A program made the translations under genes and the position numbers. A stretch of 64,000 nt of DNA from assembly GCA_963770565.1 (NCBI GenBank), contig CAVYQE010000008.1, positions 161,972 to 225,971 on the forward strand. The letters are read 5' to 3'. Numbering within the stretch: position 1 is the first letter of the stretch; each line of letters starts with the position of its first letter. The DNA is from an uncultured Actinomycetota bacterium (GTDB taxonomy: Bacteria > Actinomycetota > Actinomycetes > JAFAQI01). Below are positions 38,499 through 48,329 of this stretch, piece by piece. Below the pieces are notes generated by a model. It had not been told where the DNA came from. It did not search any database and saw only the letters and a program-made list of their open reading frames with translations.

Positions 38499-39087
38499 AT
38501 GCCGGTGACGACCGACGATCTTGCCCGCGCCGCCACGGTCGATGTCCTGTTTGCCGGGTATGTGGGCGACCGGGTGGCCGGCACTGTGAGCCTGCTGCGC
38601 GAGGGCGACCGGGTGATCGTCGTCGACCCGGGCATGGTGCCGTCCCGGGCCGCGATCCTGGACCCACTGCACGCGCTGGGCCTGTCGCCGGCGGACGTGA
38701 CCGACGTAGTGCTCAGCCACCATCACCCCGACCACACCGTGAACATCGCGTTGTTCGGCGAGATCCCGGTGCACGACTTCCAGGCGATCTACACCCGCGA
38801 CGAGTGGGCCGACCGGCCTGCCGACGGTGTCCACCTCGCGCCCTCGATCCGGCTGCTCGCGACTCCCGGCCACACCGACCAGGACCTGACGGTGCTGGTG
38901 GGCACCGCCGACCGGGTCGCGGCGCTGACCCACCTGTGGTGGTCCGCCGAGGGCCCGTTGGAGGACCCGTACGCGCCGGATGCAGAGCAGTTGCGGGTGC
39001 AGCGCGAGCGAGTTCTGGGCGCTGGCCGACTGGATCGTGCCGGGCCACGGGTCGCCGTTCGCCCCGAGCCCCGAGACGCCTCACTAG
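38499..39087 (+). pseudogene. MBL-fold metallo-hydrolase with +1 frameshift near 39017-39019
   Basis: SHHHPDH, TPGHT; the expected C-terminus ALADWIVPGHGSPF appears only after removing one G from CTGGGCG. Confidence 0.8.
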
Positions 39088-39096
39088 GTGTCCGGG

Positions 39097-40287
39097 ATGC
39101 GCTTCGACGAGCTCTGGTCGGCGCTGCAACCGATCGGGCGTGACCCGCGGAGCGGGGGATACCGCCGGTTCGCCTGGTCCGCTGAAGACGCGGCCCTGCG
39201 GGAGTGGTTCGCCGGTGAGGCCGGCCGCCGCGGCCTGGGCCTGGTGGTCGACCGGGTCGGCAACCAGTGGGCCTGGTGGGGCGATCCCGATGAAGCCGCG
39301 CGGGTCGGTCGGGCCGGCGTGGTCGCCGGCTCCCATCTCGACTCCGTCCCGGACGGCGGGGCGTACGACGGGCCGCTGGGCGTGCTCTCCGCGTTTGCCG
39401 CCATCGATGCGCTCCGGGACCGCGGCATCCGTCCGGGACGGCCGATCGGGGTGGTCAACTTCGTCGACGAGGAGGGTGCGCGGTTCGGGATCGCGTGCGC
39501 TGGCTCGCGGCTGCTCACCGGCGCCCTCGCTCCCGAGCGGGCCAAGGGCCTGACCGACGCCGACGGCGTGACCATGGCCGAGGCGATGGCAGCCGCCGGC
39601 CGGCCGGTCGAAGACCTCGGCCGCGACGGCGACACGTTGGCTCGGGTCGGCACCTTCGTCGAACTGCACGTCGAGCAGGGCCGCGCCCTGGTGGATCTCG
39701 GCCGGCCGGTTGCGGTCGGTTCGTCGATCTGGCCGCACGGACGATGGCGGCTGGACCTGCTGGGGGAGGCCAATCACGCCGGGACAACCCGCCTGGTGGA
39801 CCGCCACGATCCGATGCTGTCCTTGGCTGCGGTGATCAGCAGTGCACGTGACTCGGCCGAGCAACACGGCTGCGTCGCGACCGTCGGCAAGGTGCGGGTC
39901 GAGCCCAACGGGGTCAACGCGATCCCGTCGCGGGTGACGGCCTGGCTCGACGCGCGGGGTCCCCACGAGGGGCCGGTGCGCGCGGTGGTCGAGGCAGTCG
40001 GCAGTGTGGCCGGCGTGCCGCCCGACGAGGAGTCCTTCACCCCTGACACCGTCTTCGATGCCTCGCTTGCAGCACGGATCGCGACCCTGCTCGGGGAGGC
40101 GCCGAGGCTGGGCACCGGCGCGGGTCACGACGCGGGCATCCTCGCCGCCGCCGGCATCCCGACCGCAATGTTGTTCGTCCGCAACCCGACCGGCGTCTCG
40201 CACTCGCCCGCCGAGTACGCCGAACCGGACGACTGCATCGCCGGAGTCGAGGCGCTCGCGCAGGTGTTGGAGGATCTAGCCCGATGA
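39097..40287 (+). CDS. M20 Zn amidohydrolase (allantoate amidohydrolase-like, hut-associated)
   Basis: GSHLDSVPDGGAYDGPLG, DEEGARF, ELHVEQG, NHAGTT, GAGHDA. Confidence 0.92.
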   Translation: MRFDELWSALQPIGRDPRSGGYRRFAWSAEDAALREWFAGEAGRRGLGLVVDRVGNQWAWWGDPDEAARVGRAGVVAGSHLDSVPDGGAYDGPLGVLSAFAAIDALRDRGIRPGRPIGVVNFVDEEGARFGIACAGSRLLTGALAPERAKGLTDADGVTMAEAMAAAGRPVEDLGRDGDTLARVGTFVELHVEQGRALVDLGRPVAVGSSIWPHGRWRLDLLGEANHAGTTRLVDRHDPMLSLAAVISSARDSAEQHGCVATVGKVRVEPNGVNAIPSRVTAWLDARGPHEGPVRAVVEAVGSVAGVPPDEESFTPDTVFDASLAARIATLLGEAPRLGTGAGHDAGILAAAGIPTAMLFVRNPTGVSHSPAEYAEPDDCIAGVEALAQVLEDLAR

Positions 40288-41597
40288 GCTGGTTCGCTGA
40301 CGCCGCCTGGTTGCCGTCGGGCATCGCGCACGACGTGAGGTTCGAGGTCGCCGACGACCGGATCACCGAGATCCAGGTCGGCGCCGAGCCCGGCGACGCG
40401 AGCCGGTTGCCCGGGATCGTCCTGCCCGGTTTCGCCAACGCGCACAGCCACGCCTTCCATCGCGCGCTGCGCGGGCGGACCCATGGCGGCGGCGGGACGT
40501 TCTGGACCTGGCGGGACGCGATGTATTCGATCGCTGGACGGCTCGATCCGGACTCCTACCTTGCTTTGGCGCGGGCGACGTACGCCGAAATGGCCTTGGC
40601 CGGCATCACCTCGGTCGGGGAGTTCCACTACCTCCATCACGCGCCCGGCGGCGAGCGTTACGCCGAGGAGAACGTGATGGCGGAGGCGTTGCGCCAGGCC
40701 GCGACGGACGCCGGCATCCGCCTCACGCTGCTCGACACCTGCTACCTGACTGGCGGCCTCGACTCGACCGGCCACAAACCGCTGGTCGGCCCGCAGCTGC
40801 GGTTCAGTGACGGCGACGTCGGGCGCTGGGCCGAGCGGGTCGAGCGTCTGACCCCGTCGGACGGCATGACGATCGGGGTCGCGATCCATTCGGTGCGCGC
40901 GGTGCCGAGGGCGGCACTCGGGTCGGTCAGCTTCGTCGCCGCTGGCCGGCCGGTCCATGCACACGTCTCCGAGCAGCTGGCCGAGAACGCGGCCTGCCAG
41001 GCGTTCTATGGCTGCACGGCCACGATGCTGCTCGACGACGAGGGGGTGCTCGGCCCGGGCACGACCGCGGTCCACGCGACCCATCTGGCCGACGCCGACA
41101 TCGACGTACTCGGCCATGCCCGGACGACGATCTGTATGTGTCCGACCACCGAGCGCGACCTGGCCGACGGGATCGGGCCGGCCCGCCGGCTGGCGGCCGC
41201 AGGCTGCCCGATCACGCTGGGCTCCGACCAGCACGCCGTGATCGACCCACTGGAGGAAGCCCGCAGCCTGGAGATGGACGAACGACTCGGCAGCGGCGAG
41301 CGCGGGCGGTTCACCCCGACCGAGTTGCTGGCTGCCCTCACCGGGCACGCCAGCATCGGCTGGCCCGACGGCGGGCGGCTCGAGGTCGGTGCGTCAGCCG
41401 ACTTCGTGGCGGTGCGGACCGACACGGTGCGGACCGCGGGCGTCGATCCGGGGCAGATCCTGCTCAGTGCGACCGCGGCCGATATCGACACCGTCGTGGT
41501 GTCGGGCCAGCCGGTCGTCGAAGCCGGCCGGCACCGGCTCGGAGACGTGGCCGCGATGCTGACCGCGGCGATCCAGCCGTTGTGGGAATCGGCCTGA
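40284..41597 (+). CDS. hutF: Formimidoylglutamate deiminase
   Basis: NAHSHAFHRALRG, FWTWR, GEFHYLHH, HSVRAV, CPTTERDLADG, LGSD. Confidence 0.92.
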   Translation: MSWFADAAWLPSGIAHDVRFEVADDRITEIQVGAEPGDASRLPGIVLPGFANAHSHAFHRALRGRTHGGGGTFWTWRDAMYSIAGRLDPDSYLALARATYAEMALAGITSVGEFHYLHHAPGGERYAEENVMAEALRQAATDAGIRLTLLDTCYLTGGLDSTGHKPLVGPQLRFSDGDVGRWAERVERLTPSDGMTIGVAIHSVRAVPRAALGSVSFVAAGRPVHAHVSEQLAENAACQAFYGCTATMLLDDEGVLGPGTTAVHATHLADADIDVLGHARTTICMCPTTERDLADGIGPARRLAAAGCPITLGSDQHAVIDPLEEARSLEMDERLGSGERGRFTPTELLAALTGHASIGWPDGGRLEVGASADFVAVRTDTVRTAGVDPGQILLSATAADIDTVVVSGQPVVEAGRHRLGDVAAMLTAAIQPLWESA

Positions 41598-41640
41598 GCC
41601 AGGACTAGCGTGGTTCGAGGACCGACAGGGATGGATCTGC

Positions 41641-42513
41641 ATGAAACTCGGAGTACACGTCTCGAACTTCACCTGGCCCGGTGGGCCGGAGCGGATCGCG
41701 TCCGACCTGACCCGGATCGCGTCGGGCGCGGAGGACAACGGATTCGACAAGCTCAGCGTGATGGACCACGTCTGGCAGATCGGGCACATCGGCCCACCTG
41801 AGCACGAGATGCTCGAGGCGTACACCACCCTCGGCTACCTCGCGGCCCGCACGTCCAAGATCCATCTGCTGGCCTGGGTGACCGCGGTGGTCTACCGCGA
41901 GCCGGGGTTGCTCGCCAAGGCGGTCACGACCCTCGACGTACTGTCCGAGGGCCGGGCCTACCTCGGGATCGGCGCAGCATGGAACGAGGACGAGGCGCGG
42001 GGTGTCGGGCTGAACTTCCCGCCGACCGCTGAGCGGTTCGAGCGGCTCGAGGAAGCCCTCGAGATCTGCCTGCAGATGTGGAGCGAGGGGGACGGGCCCT
42101 ACAACGGCACGCACTACCAGCTGGCCCGCACCCTGAACTCGCCGCAGGCGCTGACCCGCCCGCACCCGCCGATCCTGATCGGCGGTGGTGGCGAGAAGAA
42201 GACCCTGCGGCTGGTCGCGAAGTACGCCCAGGCGTGCAACCTGTTCGCGAGCCCGGATCTCTCCCACAAGCTCGATGTCCTTCGCGGTCATTGCGACGAC
42301 CTCGGCCGCGACTACGACGAGATCGAGAAGACGGTCATGGGACCGCTCGACCCCGGCCCGGATGGCGCGAACGTCGAAGGGCTGTTGGCGAGCCTTCGGG
42401 AGCTGGCCGATCTCGGCATCATCCACTACCACGGCTCGGTGCCCGACGTCGCCTCCATCACCCCGCTGGACATCCTCGGTGACCGGGTCATCCCAGTGAT
42501 CGCTTCGTACTGA
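41641..42513 (+). CDS. LLM-class F420-dependent oxidoreductase
   Basis: VMDHVWQI, EAYTTLGYLA, LAKAVTTLDVLS.GR, IGGGGEKKTL. Confidence 0.9.
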   Translation: MKLGVHVSNFTWPGGPERIASDLTRIASGAEDNGFDKLSVMDHVWQIGHIGPPEHEMLEAYTTLGYLAARTSKIHLLAWVTAVVYREPGLLAKAVTTLDVLSEGRAYLGIGAAWNEDEARGVGLNFPPTAERFERLEEALEICLQMWSEGDGPYNGTHYQLARTLNSPQALTRPHPPILIGGGGEKKTLRLVAKYAQACNLFASPDLSHKLDVLRGHCDDLGRDYDEIEKTVMGPLDPGPDGANVEGLLASLRELADLGIIHYHGSVPDVASITPLDILGDRVIPVIASY

Positions 42514-42580
42514 CGGGGTACTTTCGGCTAGTCCGGTTGCCGCACCAAGGGCCGGATTCGTCCTCTACCCTGGATTCGAT

Positions 42581-43063
42581 ATGAAGCTCTACCACCAGTC
42601 CAACAACCCGAACGTCGTCCTCTCCGGGGAGCCGAGCCAGTACGACGATGTCGAGTTGTTGCTGTCCCGGACCAGCGCAAGGTCCAAGGATGCGGACGTG
42701 GTGCTCCGGATCGAGATTCCCGACGACGAGATGGACCGGCTGATGCCCCACGGGCGGAGCAAGTGGACGACGACCAACGCCGAGCTCCGGCGCTCGGGCG
42801 CAACGGTCGACTGCGCGACCGAGGGTGACCGCAAACGAGCTGCGGTCTACGAGCTCGTGGCCCGGCGCCACAAGACGCTGGAGACCATCGGCCGGCTACG
42901 CCATTACATCGCCGAGGCCGAGGACCGGCCGGAGGCATCCCGGTTCACGATGATGTTGCGGGCGCACCAGGACGAGCTCACCGACCTTGACGTCGCGATC
43001 GCCGAGGGGGTTCGGCAGCACGGTATCCACCACCTCAACGCCTTCGAACAGATCAGCGTCTGA
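42581..43063 (+). CDS. Hypothetical protein (160 aa)
   Basis: Natural composition, fills the intergenic gap, helical C-terminus. Confidence 0.65.
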   Translation: MKLYHQSNNPNVVLSGEPSQYDDVELLLSRTSARSKDADVVLRIEIPDDEMDRLMPHGRSKWTTTNAELRRSGATVDCATEGDRKRAAVYELVARRHKTLETIGRLRHYIAEAEDRPEASRFTMMLRAHQDELTDLDVAIAEGVRQHGIHHLNAFEQISV

Positions 43064-43084
43064 GCCCCGCGGCGGCAACAGCAG

Positions 43085-43873
43085 CTATCCGTCCGGGGGA
43101 ATCGGTGCCGCGGTCTGGTTCTTGAACGCGGCCTTCGCGAGTGGATGATCCGGCTCGAGCACGAGTGACTTTCCGTCCTTGGCAGCTTGCTCGACCTGGC
43201 GGCTGATCGGCGCATTGGCGGCGGCCCACAGCACCGAGACGTGACCGTCACCGCTGCCGCGCCGGCCCACCGGAGCGACCGCGACCTCGGCGCCGTTGGT
43301 GTCCGCGACGAACAACGTGAAGTCGTCGTGCTTGAAGGTCGTGATGTCGATGATCGGCTTCGGGTAATGGTGATATCCGCTCCCGGCCATCAGCACACCC
43401 GTGTGCAGGCTGGCCGGCAGCGGCACGCAGGCGTTGAACAACCCGTCGGTCCATCGCTCGACGTCGTCGGCGGTCACGATCGGCGTCGACAACAGGGTGG
43501 CTGCTTCGGTGTAGCCGATTTCCTCGTAGCCCGCGATCGTGTCCGGGAAGCCGGCACACAGCCGCTGGGCGTACTGCCGCAACAGATCCACCTTCGCCGG
43601 GTCCGCGCAGAACTGCGCAGACCATTCGATCCCGGCCAGCCCGAGCAGCATCAGCCAGCCGGTGGCGTCCTTCACCCAGATCCCGCCGCCGTGGTGATCC
43701 TGGTACGGCGGGTCGCCGAAGAACCACGGCTGGCTCTGCTGGACGAGTTTGATCATCGCGGCGCGGCTGGCGACGTAGCCCGGGCTGTCGGTGCGCTCGG
43801 GGTGGTCGCCGACGTCGATCGTCCAGCTGTAGTGCTCGGACTCGGGGTGTACGCCGGTCGGGTCTTGGCTCAT
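43085..43873 (-). CDS. Conserved hypothetical protein (DUF6424-like, His-rich motifs)
   Basis: HPERTDSP.Y, QDHHGGGIW, GIEWSAQFCADP, GYHHYPKP; RBS GGAGG; family recalled, not searched. Confidence 0.65.
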   Translation of the reverse strand: MSQDPTGVHPESEHYSWTIDVGDHPERTDSPGYVASRAAMIKLVQQSQPWFFGDPPYQDHHGGGIWVKDATGWLMLLGLAGIEWSAQFCADPAKVDLLRQYAQRLCAGFPDTIAGYEEIGYTEAATLLSTPIVTADDVERWTDGLFNACVPLPASLHTGVLMAGSGYHHYPKPIIDITTFKHDDFTLFVADTNGAEVAVAPVGRRGSGDGHVSVLWAAANAPISRQVEQAAKDGKSLVLEPDHPLAKAAFKNQTAAPIPPDG

Positions 43874-44049
43874 GAGCGCCTCCGTGGGAGTTGCCCGCAC
43901 GCTAACGCCAACGGCCGGCCGGGCGCTATGCGCCGAGCCGGCCGCCACCACTGCGGCTGCCCGAGCTCGGGGTGGTCACCGGCGTCACCGTGCCGGTGAT
44001 CGGGCTGCCACTCGCGTTCAGCGCCCAAGCTGGTTGTCTCCCTTCGGAT

Positions 44050-44075
44050 TGAACCGCGCGTGGACCTCGTGCGTG
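44050..44075 (+). promoter_or_regulatory. SigL-type ECF promoter TGAACC-N16-CGTG
   Basis: Same elements and spacing as the promoters at 7202/7237; 51 nt upstream of the lipoprotein gene. Confidence 0.65.
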
Positions 44076-44126
44076 CCTTGCTTAGAGGCACTCGTTCGGG
44101 GCCTACAACGAGATTTGAGGTAGCAG

Positions 44127-44624
44127 ATGTCAGCCTTCGGTATCGGCAAGTTGGGCCTTGGCGCCGTAGCAGCCACCGCGCTGGTGGTGCTCGTAGCCGG
44201 GTGCGGCAGTAGCAGAAGCGGCGGCGGTACGACGACCCTGGCGCCGGCGAAGAACGTCGCGGCCAGTAGCTTCCAGACCCACTCGACGAAGGCCGGCACC
44301 GTGCTGGTCAACGCGAAGGGCCTGACGATCTACGAGCTGCAGGGCGACACCGCAAGTAACCAGACGTGCAACTCCGCGTGCCAGGCGTTCTGGCCGCCGG
44401 TCATGTCCGGTGGCAGCCAGGTCGTGATCAACGGTCACCCGGCCTTCACGTTCTCGATGGACTCCTCGGCCGGCCAGGCACTCGGCCAGGGTACGAAGGA
44501 CACCTGGGGCACCTGGTGGGCGCTGGACGCGAGCGGCAACCCGATCACCGGCGCCGTGACGCCGGCATCACAACCGCCGGCGGCGAAATCCTCGGCCCCG
44601 AGCGGCGGCGGCGCAGCGTTCTAG
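44127..44624 (+). CDS. Lipoprotein with Yx(FWY)xxD (COG4315/Lipoprotein_15) repeats
   Basis: Lipobox VAGC; GTVLVNAKGLTIY...D, C...C...WPP, NGHPAFTF..D, GTWW. Confidence 0.85.
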   Translation: MSAFGIGKLGLGAVAATALVVLVAGCGSSRSGGGTTTLAPAKNVAASSFQTHSTKAGTVLVNAKGLTIYELQGDTASNQTCNSACQAFWPPVMSGGSQVVINGHPAFTFSMDSSAGQALGQGTKDTWGTWWALDASGNPITGAVTPASQPPAAKSSAPSGGGAAF

Positions 44625-44668
44625 CGGCCGAGATGCAATCTGTCGCTTTCGCCAGGGAGTCAACATCT

Positions 44669-45814
44669 GTGAACCAGACCTGCAGCGTCGCCATGCCGAC
44701 GATGCCCGTAGCGAAACCTGGCGCGACCGCCGGTGCTGCCGGTCGGGAGCGCTGGCATCAGATCTCGTCCCACATCTACCTCCCAGCCCTGCTGGTCCCG
44801 GCGGTCGCGCTGCTCCTGGCCGGGGCCGGCTGGGCGACTCGGTGGGGTGGGGCGGACTTCACCGGTTCGCTGACGAGCCTTCGCGTCGAGACGATCGGTC
44901 CGCTAGCTCTTGCGATGATCGTGCTATTCCTCGTCGTGGAGCGTGTGCGCCCTGCGCAGCGACGACCACTCGTCGCCCGAGGCCATCGCCATGACGTGCT
45001 GTTCACCGCGCTCAACGTTGTCGTCGTGCTGCCCCTGCTGACCGTCCTCACGCTTTCCTTCGACGATGTCGTGCGACGAGCAGCGCCGTGGGTCGTGCTT
45101 CCCAGGTTTGGAGTGGTCCCACGATGGGGTTTCATCATCCTGATCCTGGTCGCAATGGACGGATGCAACTGGTTGGTGCATCTGGCGAATCATCGGGTGC
45201 GCATGCTGTGGCGATTCCACGAGCTTCACCACTCCCAAGAAGACATGAATGTCCTGACGGTGTTTCGTACTCATCCATTCATTCATGTTTCCTACCTGCT
45301 GGCCTTGGTTCCCGCGTTGGTGCTGCTCGCCAACGGGGAACTGCCGTCAGTGCTGCTTGCGGTCTACGGCGGTGCGGTCGCTTTTGCCCACTCCAACACC
45401 GACTTGAGCTTCGGTCCGCTTGGACGAGTGTTCGTGAGTCCGAACTACCACCGCATCCACCACCGACTGCGCGGCCCCCAAGACGTGAACCTCGGTTTCA
45501 CGTTGACGATCTGGGACCAGCTTTTCCATCGAGCGGTGTTTCCGACGTCCGAGACGATCAGGGCCGATACGGGGCTGCCGCAACGACCTCTCAGGATCGA
45601 ACAACAGGGAGCTCGTCCCCATCACTTCAACGTCCTCGCCGCGCAACTCGTCGGACCATTTCGCCCGCTGAACAAATCCGTTCCGCTCGCATCTGTCCGG
45701 GAATCCACTCGATCTCTTTCATCTGACGACGAAGGGGCTATGGCGATCCGCCACTTGGAATCGACATCGACAACAGCGACCGCGACGAGCGAGTCGCAGG
45801 TGGCAACGTGGTGA
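44669..45814 (+). CDS. Sterol desaturase / fatty-acid hydroxylase family protein
   Basis: His boxes HLANH, HELHH, RTHP, HSN, HRIHH; start uncertain (44633-44702). Confidence 0.88.
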   Translation: MNQTCSVAMPTMPVAKPGATAGAAGRERWHQISSHIYLPALLVPAVALLLAGAGWATRWGGADFTGSLTSLRVETIGPLALAMIVLFLVVERVRPAQRRPLVARGHRHDVLFTALNVVVVLPLLTVLTLSFDDVVRRAAPWVVLPRFGVVPRWGFIILILVAMDGCNWLVHLANHRVRMLWRFHELHHSQEDMNVLTVFRTHPFIHVSYLLALVPALVLLANGELPSVLLAVYGGAVAFAHSNTDLSFGPLGRVFVSPNYHRIHHRLRGPQDVNLGFTLTIWDQLFHRAVFPTSETIRADTGLPQRPLRIEQQGARPHHFNVLAAQLVGPFRPLNKSVPLASVRESTRSLSSDDEGAMAIRHLESTSTTATATSESQVATW

Positions 45815-46386
45815 GCGCAACGGCGCGTCGGCGCCATTCCTCGCAGTGGCTACGCCTTCTGTTCGAAACGACATCCGCTGGGCTAGCCGTGGACGTGGCT
45901 CTCCTGGTCGTGCGGATTGCCCTCGCCTGGATTTTCATCTACTACGGCGCCGCGAAACTCTTCGGGGCGTTCCCGGGCGCTGGCCCTCACGGGATTCATC
46001 AAACAACGCTCTACATGGCGAATTCGGCGCATCTGCGACCTGGCGGGTTCTTTGCTGTCCTGGCCGGCTTGATCGAGTTCGGCGGCGGAATCGCCATGGC
46101 CCTTGGCCTGGGTACACGCCTTGCCGGGTTGGCATTGTTCGGCGACATGGTGATGGCGATGATCACCGTCACCTGGGTAACCGGAATCAACTCGGCAGGC
46201 TCCCCTCCCGGTTACCAGATTAACCTCGCATTGGCGGCCCTGGCACTCGCGGCAGCGCTTATCGGCGCTGGTCGATTCAGCCTCGACGCGGTCATGGCCC
46301 GCGTCATCGGTCGCGCAGTAGAGGTTGACTCGTCCAAGGGTGGTTTCGCGGATAGCGGGAGCGCGTACACCAACGTCATTTCATGA
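45811..46386 (+). CDS. DoxX family membrane protein
   Basis: LLVVRIALA..F..YGAAKLFG, EFGGGI..ALGLGTR, GAGRFSLD. Confidence 0.9.
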   Translation: MSATARRRHSSQWLRLLFETTSAGLAVDVALLVVRIALAWIFIYYGAAKLFGAFPGAGPHGIHQTTLYMANSAHLRPGGFFAVLAGLIEFGGGIAMALGLGTRLAGLALFGDMVMAMITVTWVTGINSAGSPPGYQINLALAALALAAALIGAGRFSLDAVMARVIGRAVEVDSSKGGFADSGSAYTNVIS

Positions 46387-47186
46387 TGGTTCCCCTTGCC
46401 GCCCTGCCGAGCACCCATCCAGATCGAGCGACCACCTCGAAGGCCGACCCGCCAGTGGGCGCGACGAACCCGTCGACCGAGAGGCCTGCTGTGCCCTCGG
46501 ATGGCCACCCGCAGGATGAGAAATCTGCTACCTCCGGGATCCCCGGAATGTTCACGGCTTCGACTTCCCAGCCGCCCCTCACACGCCGGCTTCTCACGGT
46601 GTGCGTCAACTTGGTGGGTGCGGCAAGTGCCGCGGTTTTTTCCTATTCGTTCTTGCATTTCTACCTGCAATCGCACCGCCTGATCGGTATCGTCTTTTTT
46701 GCTCAGCAGATGCTGGTGGCCTTCGCCTATCTCATCCGGCGGCCTGCTCGATTGGTGACCCGCCGCCTGGATGACTGGCTTCTCGCGTTCGCCGGAACGT
46801 TCATCGGCGTCCTTTTCCGGCCAGCAGGCGCACATCCGGGGTGGGGGATATGGACGGGCGTCGTTTTGCAGCTCGGCGGCGTCGCCATAGTGGCAACGTG
46901 CATTCTGACCCTGGGACGCTCCTTCGGCTTCGCGGCGGCGGACCGGGGTGTGGTAACGCGCGGTCCCTACGTCATCGTTCGACACCCGATGTATGCGTCG
47001 TATCTCTTACTCGATTCGGGTTACTTCTTACAAAGCCTGTCTGTGCACAATGCGGCCGTCCTAGTGTGTGTGACTCTCTGCAACGGCGGTCGGGCACTTG
47101 CCGAGGAGCGCTTGCTGGCGAACAACGGCGATTACCTGGCGTATCGACATCGTGTGCGCCGAAGAATCCTCCCGGGCGTCTGGTGA
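46383..47186 (+). CDS. Isoprenylcysteine carboxyl methyltransferase / PEMT family protein
   Basis: LGRSFG, VVTRGPY.IVRHPMY, EERLL, Y..Y...VRRRILPGVW; true start may be downstream. Confidence 0.85.
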   Translation: MMVPLAALPSTHPDRATTSKADPPVGATNPSTERPAVPSDGHPQDEKSATSGIPGMFTASTSQPPLTRRLLTVCVNLVGAASAAVFSYSFLHFYLQSHRLIGIVFFAQQMLVAFAYLIRRPARLVTRRLDDWLLAFAGTFIGVLFRPAGAHPGWGIWTGVVLQLGGVAIVATCILTLGRSFGFAAADRGVVTRGPYVIVRHPMYASYLLLDSGYFLQSLSVHNAAVLVCVTLCNGGRALAEERLLANNGDYLAYRHRVRRRILPGVW

Positions 47187-47270
47187 CCAAGCGCCTCGGC
47201 GCCGGATGGCTGTACTCCCAGAATCTCTGGGTCTGGCAGGGACATCGATCCGGTTCGACCGATCGACACT

Positions 47271-48329
47271 TCATTGCGGGGGCAGCGGGTGAGCGAGGTG
47301 GAACCCGCGGAAGAACGCCCAGATTGCGTTTGTCGCGTTGATCTCCATGGTCGTGTGACCGACAAACGCAGAGATCGCTGCGCTGATCGGGCTGCCCGGC
47401 CATGAATGGCCACCTCCCCTGATGATGTCGAACTCGACGGCAACGCCCTGCGGGCAGGGGTAGGACCGATGGATGACATGGGCCGACAGCGTCGTGTCGG
47501 TCGGCGTGGTGCCGCAGCCGTCCTTCACCGCCCAGGCCCGCACGTTCGCCGGATAGCCGGGCCCCGACAAGCGCGCCACCGGCAGCTTCGGCAACGGTCG
47601 CGGGTGGGCGTGGATGTCGTCCGCGAGGACCTTGCGGCCGATCCCGCCGTTGAAGTGCAGGATCGGATCGGCGGTGCCATGGAAAGCCAATAGCGGCACC
47701 GGTCGTGCGGTCGGGCAGTGTCGCGGCAGTTGTACTCCGGCGACCGGTGCAACGGCCGCGAAGGTCGACGACATGACGCAGGCGATGGTCGAGGTCATGA
47801 ACGCGCCCTGCGACAGACCGGTTGCGTAGACCCGCGCCTCGTCGATGCACTGGGTCGCCTCGAGATGGTCGAGCAGCGCCGCGACGAAGCGGACGTCGGG
47901 ATTGCCGGACCCGGTCGAGGTGTCCCAGGCAATTGGTGCGCCGGTGCCGCTCGGAAAGACCGCAACGAAGCCGTCGCGTTGGCCCAGCGCGCCGAAGCCG
48001 GTCGTAAGGCTCTCGGTCGGCGCGCCCTCTCCGTAGCCATGGAAGTCCATGACCAACGGTTCGGGTTGTCGATGGGCTGGCGGCGTGGTGAGCAGATAGG
48101 TCCGGCGGCGTCCGGCCACCTCGATGGCGTCGCGCTGACCGGTGACGCCGTGCGGAGGCGTCGTCAGTTTGCAGCCGACGGACGGAACCGCGCCGATCGC
48201 CCCGGCCTGGGCCGGCGGTCGGCTATCGACGTGGTGGTGGCTTGAGCATCCGGCCAGTCCGAGGCAGAGCAGGCCGGCACCGAGGAGCCGGCCTGCTCGT
48301 CGGTTGCCCGCGGACCGCGACCGTGGCAC
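47271..48329 (-). CDS. LpqC/PHB-depolymerase-like esterase lipoprotein
   Basis: Lipobox LAGC; DFHG, TGLSQG (GxSxG), FHGTADP, GGGHSWPG. Confidence 0.88.
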   Translation of the reverse strand: MPRSRSAGNRRAGRLLGAGLLCLGLAGCSSHHHVDSRPPAQAGAIGAVPSVGCKLTTPPHGVTGQRDAIEVAGRRRTYLLTTPPAHRQPEPLVMDFHGYGEGAPTESLTTGFGALGQRDGFVAVFPSGTGAPIAWDTSTGSGNPDVRFVAALLDHLEATQCIDEARVYATGLSQGAFMTSTIACVMSSTFAAVAPVAGVQLPRHCPTARPVPLLAFHGTADPILHFNGGIGRKVLADDIHAHPRPLPKLPVARLSGPGYPANVRAWAVKDGCGTTPTDTTLSAHVIHRSYPCPQGVAVEFDIIRGGGHSWPGSPISAAISAFVGHTTMEINATNAIWAFFRGFHLAHPLPPQ

